NCBI GenBank assembly: GCA_013265495.1 | Contig: MU062019.1 | Span: forward strand, 372,001 to 436,000 | Reading direction: 5' to 3' | Source of the DNA: Vicugna vicugna | Taxonomy: Eukaryota | Length of the DNA: 64,000 bases | In this document: positions 54,889 to 64,000 of the stretch, piece by piece | Numbering within the stretch: the stretch's first letter is position 1 | Layout of the letters: each line of letters begins with the position of its first letter | Notes under the pieces: generated by a model | What the model saw: the letters and a program-made list of their open reading frames with translations, nothing else | Told to the model about the DNA's origin: nothing | The model's database searches: none | Translations under genes and position numbers: made by a program

Positions 54889-55299
54889 GAGATTCTGGCC
54901 TTTTCCCACCTTTTTCTGCCTCTGAGACCCCTGTCACCTCAAGACATATGACGTCTTGTCAGTCCGGAGGTTCTTGCTTTTCTTTGTCTGCCCAGGGAGC
55001 CCTGTTTAGCAGATGTGTGGCTTCCTGCCGCCTGGTGGTGCTCCTTTTTCTGCTCCTGTCTGGCCGCATGCCAGTTCTAACAGTGGAAGAGGCACTGGTC
55101 AGAGTCCAGAGCAGCCCCAGGGTGTTCCTGCAGGTCCCTGCCTTGGGTGGGGGCAGGGCAGGTGCGTTAGGGGCGGGGTATAGGAGGGGCAGGTGTAGCA
55201 GACCTGTCAGCCCAGGTGAGAATGAGGGGGTTGTTCTCAGGGTAAAACGTAACAACTTTAATCCATAAATGTCACTTTGAGGGTGGGGGTGACCGATCC

Positions 55300-58200
55300 A
55301 GCACGGGGACAGGTTCTGTCCGTGGGCTGTGATTTACTGTTGTGTTAAGTCCCCGCTCCGCCTGGCGGCTGTAAGAGGGGAGCAGACAAGGAAGAACAGA
55401 CGGCAGCGGCCACGTGTGCTACTCGCAGTATTAATGTCCCCAGCGCCCAGCAGGGACGGGGAGGGGGCTTGGCAAAACAGCAGAAGCCAGGTAAGGCCAG
55501 CTGCTAAGTCTGTCCCTGACGTGACTCACCTACTGGTAAGTTTGTCCTTTTGAAAGTAACGTAAGGTCTGTGACAGGTTCCAGGTGTACCGAGTGTCTTC
55601 ACTCAGGTAAGGTGAACCCAGGGGGTCATGCCCTGTGATTTTAAGGCAGAACGAGGAGTCAGGATCACTAGTTAAGGTCCTGTCCACCTGGGTCTCCCTG
55701 GTCCTGTGGATTTCCAGCCTTCCATGTTCTCAAACCCAGACCTCAGGGGAGAGAGGATGTAAAACCGCGTCAGGAGGGGAAGGCAGCTCCGGGTTCCCCT
55801 GGGCGTCTTTCAGTCGGACCCCCCCCCACCAAGGCTGGCCGTGCAGCTGGTCCTTCGGGGGTGGCTCTCCGTACATGAGCGCGTGTGGACTGAGCCTGTG
55901 CTTTCCTGTGGGGGCAGAAGGGAGAGCCGGGGCTGATGGCTCTCTTGACGTAGTTTGTTGGAGTTTGTTTTGAGGGTTCGATGTGTTCTTGCTGCTTTTC
56001 CTGAGGGTTGTGGTCTCCACATGGCATATACACCCCGTTTGTTATTAGGGCTCTGGAGACTCCCTTAGTAACTTGGGGAGCAAAGCTGGGCTGCTGTCAC
56101 TCTGGATGGACTTGGGGAGCCCAAGCTGAGGGGCTGTTTCCTTGGGCGGGGCCTTAGAGACCCCCAGACAGTCTCAGTTCAGGTGGGGGTGCCTCCATCC
56201 AGCAGGAGCGGCTGTCAAAAACAGCAAGTATCTGAAACTTCCTTGCGCCCAGGGCATTACTGTAAAATTGGCTTGCCAGACTGGACCTGCATGTATGCCT
56301 CTCTCTGTACTGTTGTTTCCTCTTATTCTTTCTGCTTCTCGCTTTTGGTGGCCTCGGCAGTGATAACCTCCTTTGGCAGGAATACAGCTTCCAGCAGCCA
56401 CATGGGTTTCCCACTGCTTTTAATCTGTTTATGCCCTGAGGTCAGCATTCCCCTCTCCCTGCAGATGGCCCCACGAGTGTAGTGTTGAACAGGCACATTT
56501 AGAGCCATGCAGATAGTTCTGGGGGCCTGATTAGGGCAGTTAGCTTGGCCTCCTGGGCAGAACAGGCAGCCCCCTTCTGTGACGGAAACCACCCTGTATC
56601 CTGCCTTCAGCAACTCCCGTCGGTGGACTGTTCAGCTCTGCATTCTGTACAGGGGAGCTCTCTGGGGCGGGCCTGCTGGCGTGAACCTGCTCCATGACTC
56701 CCTCACGGCCGCGTCTGGGGTCGCAGGGACGTCACAGACGGGTGTCTAGAAGCACGCCTTGGACATGCAGGGTTCGCCAGGGGACAACTGGTCTGGCTTC
56801 TCTCCTAATGAGGGGCTGGAGGTGGCGGGGGTCCGGACGGTCAGGGGCTGTCCCAAAGCTAATTCGTTAGCCTCTGGGAGGTGCTGGGAGGCAGCGGCTG
56901 CAGCCGCAAGCATGGAGGCCTCCTTCAGCGCTTGGCCCGGTTGCTTAGGAAGACAGGCCCGAGTCAGAGGCCCCAGTTTTGTGTGAGCCCCACGCAGACG
57001 AAGGGGCGGCTCAGGCTGCGAAGGTAACGCAGGGGCTCACGAGCTGGTCTTTCAGTTCCAGGAGCGGCCGGTCACAACTGGGGGTCCACGCGAAGTGGTC
57101 AGGGTCCTTCCCTTTTAGCTGTTCATACGAGGGCTTAGCCTTTAAGCCAAAGCTGGGGAACCGCGGACAGCAGAGCCCGGCGCCCTGCCTGCTGAGGGAG
57201 GGCTGGGCTTCTTCCTTGAAACGTTCTATCCCGCCTCAGCTGGATGGCTTAAGGGGTCAGCTGTGCTCAGAAAGCTCGCTGGTGGGGCTGGGGGCTCGAA
57301 TGTCTTCCACACGTCGAGGTACAGACCTTGTTCTAACTGCAGGCGATCAAAGCCCTCGGCTGAAAGCTTTCCTCGGAGGGCGGGGAGCTTTTTACACCCC
57401 TTGGGAGGATATTCCAGAGCTCAGGGCGCACAAAAGAAGGTGTCCTTTAAACCCAGCCCTGAGTACCAGGTCCTCTCAGGGACTCGGGTGGAAAGCCAGG
57501 GGCAGCTGGGGACCAGGGGGTGAGTCTCCTCAGTGGCTTCAGTTTCGGCCGGAGGTCCTGAGCTGGCTGGTGCTCCCACTGGCTCCTTTCCTGGGGGCAG
57601 GCGTGCTGACGGGGCTGGGTGTCTAAGGAGCCATGGTTCGAGCAGGCTTTCTGTTCTGGGGCTAATGCCTGCTGGGCCTCCTTGCTTAAGGCCTCTCGTT
57701 TGTTATCTGGGTGCTGGTGACCGGGTCACAGCTTGACTACGACTGGTGGTGCCCCTGGCCCTACGCCTGGTGGTGTCAGAGGCCCACGCTGACACTGACG
57801 GACTAACCCCTCAAGGTTACGTGGGCTGTTATTGTCAGTGGAGGGCGCAGCGCTGGGGCTGCAGGATGGAGGGGAGTGGGGTGTTCCGATGGTCAGGGTT
57901 TTGTCTTAGGGGTAGGTTGTGGCTCCCAGTTTGTATAATGTCTCTTCCTATTAGGGGAATCGGGCATTTGGGACACATAAGAGAGTGAGATGACACTTTC
58001 CCTTCCAAGTCGCACTCAAGGGGCTCCAGAAAACTGTGCCCCTGGGGCTTCTCTTCCACTCCCTGTGTCTTACACTTACCTTTGGGCATTCTGCCGTCGG
58101 GTGTTCAAGACCGAGGAGGTGGCCAACCTTCTCGCCCCCTGTGGTCAGGGTCAGCCGAGGCTCCTCGGGGGTAAGTTCCAGGGTTCTCCGAGGAGGCCCT

Positions 58201-59700
58201 GGGCCCCTCCAGTCCTCCTCTTCTTCCTTGTGTGAGAGGTGGCCAGGACACGCAGTCCACTTAGCTTCCTCTCAGACGTCTGGAGACACCTCTGCCAGTG
58301 GCCCTGCTGTGTGCAGTGTGCACACTGATGGCTCTGAGGGCCTCTCTCCACTGCAGGTGTGGTCTCTGAATCCTGGGGACACTCCTCGATGTTGCAGTGG
58401 CAGGAGTGGGGGCCCCATCAGCCAGGAAGTGGGTGTGCTGGGCCCTAGCTCCAACCTCTGTAAGTTTCTCCTAAAGTCTGGGGCGCTCTGGGAATGAAAC
58501 GGGACTGAAGAATGGCCTGCCCTTCTGCTGACTCTGGGCTCACGTTTGTGCACACCCAGAGGCACTCCCTGGGGCTCTCGGGGAAGGCCGAGGGATTTTC
58601 CTTCCATCCTTGGTTGGCTCCCTGAACCCTGCTCCAACTTCAGGGTTTCTTCCTGGCCGACTGAGTGTCCTTGAGAGTCAGACGGCTGAAACGTGTGAGG
58701 CGCTGCTTTCTTCCCGATGGCCCCACCCAGTGTCGGTGTCGGGAACGACCTGGCCTCCAGGCTGGTCTGCAGCGTGCCCTGGACCTTTTCCATTTGTTTT
58801 CTCAGGTCCCTCCCTTGCAGTACTTAAAATCAGTGCCTTCTCTTCCCTGGAGAGCAGGATGTTGAGGAGGGTTAGGCCGCACGCCCAAGTGGGGAAATGG
58901 GTGTGCAGTATTCCTCAGTCGAAATCAAGGACTCGCTCGGGTTCCCCCCCACCCCAAACCCTCAGATGGACCCTTCCAGTCGTACAGCTCTGAGGATGAG
59001 AAGGGTGCGGGCACAGTGGCCAGCCACCTCTCCACTGGGGGCCTCCCGACCCCAGAGTGCTGGTGCTGAGCGCCGCTGTGGGTGGGGGTGCGCTGGACCT
59101 GTCCCTGGGTCGAGAGATGGGGGTGGGAGAGCTGGGGAGGGGCCCTCCTGTCGGGAGGAGGTGAGTGTGAGGGAGGAGAGGTCGGGTAGATGTGAGTGAA
59201 CCGTCGGAAGGGGGAGCGGCTGCCCCCTGGGGAAGGAGGAAGTGGAGAGGACCCTCAGGCTGAGATGCAACACCAGGGAGTGAGATCTGAACTAGCCTCG
59301 CGTTTCTTACCGAGGCCCTTGTTTTGGCAAAGCACCATGAAAAACTGGGTAGGAGGGCTCTCCTCCCATTTTTTCAAGTGCTGGCGATAGAGGTCCAAGT
59401 GAAAAGTGACACTATAATTCAGGGAGCCGTCGGTTAGCCAGCTTTCTGCATCCGCCAGCTTGTACTGGCCACGCGGTGACGCGGAGGGAAGCAGGCTGGC
59501 CGTACTGGCGCGGGGCTCCCGGTACCGACTGCGTGCGCTCGTGGCAGGCTTGCTGGGTAGAGGCTTGGCTGTTGGGATAGACTCCTTATTTCTAGTCTGC
59601 TTTCTTTTCTTTTTTTCTTTCTTTTTTTATTGTTGTTGCTTTTTTAGTGGGCTTTGTTTGGATTTGGATTTGGGTTTTGAAAAAGAGCGTCTAGACAACA
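55300..59700 (-). mobile_element. Degenerate class I (gamma-like) endogenous retrovirus, gag-pro-pol internal region
   Basis: Collinear motifs across frameshifts: MA, CA, NC knuckle CAHCTQQGHWQRC, PR CPIPLIGRDII, RT WYSGLGLKDTFFC, RNase H GAICRERGMLTSG and HCRGHQK, IN GLPKSIQSD and WRPQPSGK. Outer boundaries are uncertain. Confidence 0.85.
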
Positions 59701-62700
59701 GCTGTGTCTGTGACAAGAGGTTGACAGCTGGGAAAGGAGTGAACCTGCAGGGGAAGATGAGTCCTCTCCCGGAGCTGCTCCTGTTGTGGGATTTCAGCAT
59801 GGCCTGGCAGGCGGCGGGCGGGCTCTCTGGTCTGCCTTCACCCTCCCAGTGGCCTCTTCCTAGGGTGGCCGCTTCCAAGTGGTCTAGGCGTGCTCACTGA
59901 AGCACGGCCCCGTCTTCGGGGGGCTGCAAGGGGAGACACTGTCTGAGAGGGCCTTAGTTAAAGCCCCCCCAACTCAGTGGTTAGACGTTCCTGGACCCAC
60001 CCTGGGGCTGTAGGAGGTCCTGATGCAGGGGGTGCTCTCAGCAGTCCCGGAGACGGGGTGAAGGCGAGTGGGATTTGGGGTTCTCCAACCAGATACATTG
60101 CCCGGAGAGCCTCTCTGGCACCAAGTCAAGGAGACTTGTTCACAAAGGGCTCTGCTCCGTTACAGGCGGCCGGGCAGGGAGGCCGAAGTCCCACTTGGCC
60201 TGACCTTGTGCTGCCGTGCCTGGGAAGTGTGCCCCAGTGAAGGGTCCTAGAGAGAGCAGTGTCTACCTGCCAGGTGACAGTGAGCAGCAGAGTGAATCAG
60301 ACCCCAGCAATGCAAGTTCCGCGCATGGCAGGGCAGAGTACCCCCAGTCATCACTTGGCAGTGATCAGGTGTTCTTCTAAAACTGCTGGCCACAGTAGTG
60401 CACAAAAATCATACAGTTCCTAGATTTTTCCTAGTTGTATCTTCTTGTGAGAAAAGTGAGAACTGTTTTGGACACCAGTCCCCTTGGTCATAAGCCCTCT
60501 TTGCAGTGCCAGAGGCATTAAGGGATTGGACAGAACAAAGTGCCCGGGAGCAGAAATAAGGAGTGACGGGCTGGCTGTGTGCTGGAGCTGTGCTTCAGGA
60601 ACTGTGTGTAGGGCTGGGACAGAGAAGCACGTGCCATAGAAAGTAAAAGGTCAGAAGTGTACTCTGTTTTAATAAAACGTGAGAATGTCTCGGCTGCGTT
60701 GAGGTTCGGGATACTTCTGGTGTTGGCTGGAGAACTTGCCCCTGGATTCCAATAATGCTCCTGCCTAGGCTCTGGGCCTCCTGCCCTCCGGCCCCGACCG
60801 CCGGCGGGGTGAGGGGGTCCCTGCAAAGCACACCTTCCCAATCACTGCATCTGAGGATCCAGCAAACGTCAGAGCCTAGTGAAGAGCACCGCTCACTGAC
60901 AGTGGGAAAGGACCAGGCCCCTCACCTCCTGGGAGATGGATTTTTGTCCCTAAATTAAAAAGCTATTCTGCTACAGTAGTCTTCAAACTTACTTATTCTC
61001 AGCAGCAGACTTGTAAAAGTGAAATTTGAACTCAATACATAGAACACGAATAGAGAAAAAAACAAACATTAGACTGCTGATTGAAAAACCTCTCGATTTA
61101 CCCCACAGGTGATCCCCGCAGGTACCAGGGCTTCCTGGACCTTGACCAGGTGGCTCTGCAGTGGTGACAAGGGGTGGAGCCCCACCCGCCCCGGCCGAGC
61201 CACTCCTGGGCACCCTCGGAGCCATCCTCGGCTCCCTGAACAAGCGGTCGTCAAGTGCATCCTGTTTGCCAGGTGCTGAGACAGAGCCTGGGCACACAGA
61301 ACTGAGCCAGGCCCGCCCTCCCAGAGCTCAGTCTGGTGCGGGACGTCTTTCCAGGCCTTATGGCCCCAGGATTGCCCCAGCTGCCCATTAACAAAGCCTG
61401 ATCCCGGATCTCACCCCAGAGATGCCAACTGCAAAGGTAAGAGAGAGGCACAGAGGCTCACCTGCCTCCTGAGGAGCTCTAGCCTGTGGGAGAGACGAAC
61501 ACACAGGTGCGGAGATGCTAGAACAACACGTGGAGCATCGGCGGGGGTGTGGGGAGCAGCCCCAGGAGGACCGAGGAGCAAGGGCACCCCGGGGATGGCC
61601 AGCCAAAGCTGGGGGGTCAGGCTGATGGGACACCACTGAAGGGCCAGCTAGGAGGCTGTCAGGTAACCCGGAGAGGGGTGACAGTGGACGGAGTGGGGCT
61701 GGCGTCCTCACACAGTCATGGCGACGCCAGCCACCGCTCTCGGGACTTTACGTCCGCCCTCATTCTTTCCCACAAGTCCCACAGGGTCCTACTATTAGTG
61801 TCTCCGTGTCATGGGTGGTGACTCATGTCAGGGGAGGTTAGCAGGTTGCAGAAGGGGAGCCAGGACTGGATCCCAGGTTTGTTCCTCTTCAAACCCGTAC
61901 CTTCAGCTACAGCTGTTACATCATACTGGCTCTTCCAGAATCTAGGAGAAGGGATGGGTTGAAACAGTCTGTAAGAGGTGAATCCCAAAGGATGACTGGT
62001 TGGATGGAGGGTCAGGGTTGCTCTAGCTTGGGGCGCCTGGGTGACGCCGTGAAGCTGAACAGTGAATCCTGGAAGACGGGGATGCTTGGCAATGATGCAT
62101 TTGAGGGGAACGCAGGGGATGCCCGCGGGCAACTGGGCAGGTGGGGAGAGATGGGGTGGAGGTGTAGGCTGGGGAGCTGGGGAAACTGACACGCAGTGAG
62201 TCCGCTCAGGGAGAAGGTGCAGAAGGAGACAAGAGAAGGACGGGGAACAGAGAGGGCGCAGTTCCCAGGAGAGAGTGCCCAGCAGTTCTCAGGCAGCACG
62301 GGCCGGGGGAGGGGCTGGAGGCCCTCCTCTGGGAGGAGGTGGGCTATGGAGTGGACGGCAGAGGGCAGTGGGAGGAGCAGGTGTGGACTCTCCCTGACAG
62401 GTGCAGAGGAGTGGGCGCAGCCCGCCAGATGCTGCGGCTGCTCACGGGGAAGGGTGGTCTTTGAAAATGGAGGTGGCAGTGCCGGACTTGAGGCAGGGTT
62501 ACTGCTCAGCAGTCAGTTACGTGTGCCTGCTGTATTTCGGAAGTTCCTGGCGGTCATAGCATGTGGTGGTGAGTCTCAGAGGGAGGCGTATACAAGTGGT
62601 GATGTCACCGCAGAAGGCTGACACCTGAGCCGGGTGTGGCTGGCCGGACCCCACAGCTGTGTGCCAGGTAGACCTGAAGGCACGGCAGGCCCAGAGACAG

Positions 62701-63599
62701 CGAGACTGGGGCCACCCTCAGTCACGCCTGCTCTGGGACCCCGGCTCCGCCACGGAGGAGTGTCTGCACTGAGAAGGTTCCTGGCCAGGGCCTCACTTCC
62801 CCACAGACTCTCACTCCAGTGTCCTCTGATCCTCACCACCTGCCCCGTTTCTTCCGCCTCATGCTCAGTACGTGTTTGTGCAAAATGCCTATTGTAAATA
62901 ATAATGCTTTTTAAAACCAAAACGACAGCCCTGAGCCCAGAGCCTCACGCAGGGTGTGTTCCACAGCTGGCCTGGCCACACCGCTGGTCCCTGCAGCACG
63001 GCCGTGACGGGGACCCTCACAAACGCGGTCCTTCTGTGAGCTCTGCCTCTGTCAGCCCCGTGAACCCCGCCTGCTCATTAGTACAGCAGGGACGGTGGCA
63101 CCACCTTGGGAGGATCACCAGGAGGTTAGAGTCACATGTGGGAACGGCCAGTGAGGCCTCTGGCTGCCCCCTGCTGTCTCCCCTTCACTCGCTCCCCGCG
63201 CAGGTGGGCTCCCCACTCCCACCCAGGGTCGTGCAGTGGCTCAGTAGCCGGCTGATGGAGTCCGTGCCTCCTGCCGCAGGCCACCCTGCGGGAGCCACCC
63301 TGTTCTCAAACTAGCATCTCACTTGAGTGCACTCGACGGCTTTGTGGTAGCGCAGGGTTACAGGCCTAACAAGGAAAAAAAGACTTCCCTAGGTGCAGAA
63401 GGGGAAGAGCCTCTCCTCCCCGGGCTGGGAGCAGCTACTCTCCAACACTTGTCAGTTCCTTGTCTTTTTGAGACGGACGTAAAAGTTTGTAAAGGCTGCG
63501 CAAGCCTTTTGCCAGTCGCAAACCCAGGACTGTTTTCTCTCCAAGACTTGGGAGCCATCCCTTTGAAACATCAGCCTCCATCTCCCCTGTGGATGAAGA

Positions 63600-64000
63600 C
63601 AGTAGCGAACCCCGTGGCCGCGCCCACTGCCAGGTGGACTGAGGGTGCGCGCCGACCAGGTGCTGTCGCGGCCCCTCGCGGAGAGCGGGGACGCGGGGGT
63701 CGCACGCCTGGTCCACGAGGGGTGGGCTTCCCGGGGCCTTCAGTCCTGTGCGGGGCGCGCGCCCTGGTCTAAAGCAGGCCTACCCACCACCGACACCGGT
63801 TCCCTCCTCTTCCACTCCTGGCGACCTTTCCTTTGTCCTTCCCCGAGGGGACCCGCCGGGCTGCAGGGGGGCTGGGGGCGTTCAGACAGCCTGAGCCGCG
63901 GGAACGCGGACGAGCCCCGCCCCCACCCGCCGCACACGTGACCGCCCGCCCCGCCCCTCGCGTCCGCACGCCCCGCCCCGCGTGGAGCGGAGCATCCCTG
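63600..64000. promoter_or_regulatory. CpG island/GC-box cluster; by synteny probably the PRELID3A (SLMO1) promoter
   Basis: CpG-dense, repeated CCCCGCCC boxes and a CACGTG. No coding sequence is visible, so the gene assignment is inference only. Confidence 0.55.

Overview
GC-rich mammalian genomic DNA, not prokaryotic. A tRNA-derived SINE family points to a camelid (inference). The window is syntenic with the human chr18p11.21 block. It contains CIDEA (+, coding exons 2-5; exon 1 lies upstream of the window), TUBB6 (+, 4 exons, exon 4 partly N-masked) and AFG3L2 (-, all 17 coding exons, 800 aa, intact reading frame). It ends in a CpG island that by synteny is probably the PRELID3A promoter. 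All exon boundaries were read by hand as GT-AG and join in frame. The most unusual features are: (1) a near-identical ~812-bp tandem duplication at CIDEA exon 3/intron 3 whose junction builds a stop-free, in-frame 72-nt candidate new exon; (2) a ~2.9-kb complex tandem array just upstream of AFG3L2 with at least 15 perfect CRE/ATF palindromes, interrupted by a solo LTR with a 4-bp TSD; (3) a degenerate class I (gamma-like) provirus with recognisable MA, CA, NC, PR, RT, RNase H and IN motifs; (4) an N-block in TUBB6 that preserves coding coordinates exactly. Most other ORFs in the six-frame track are chance ORFs in GC-rich sequence.
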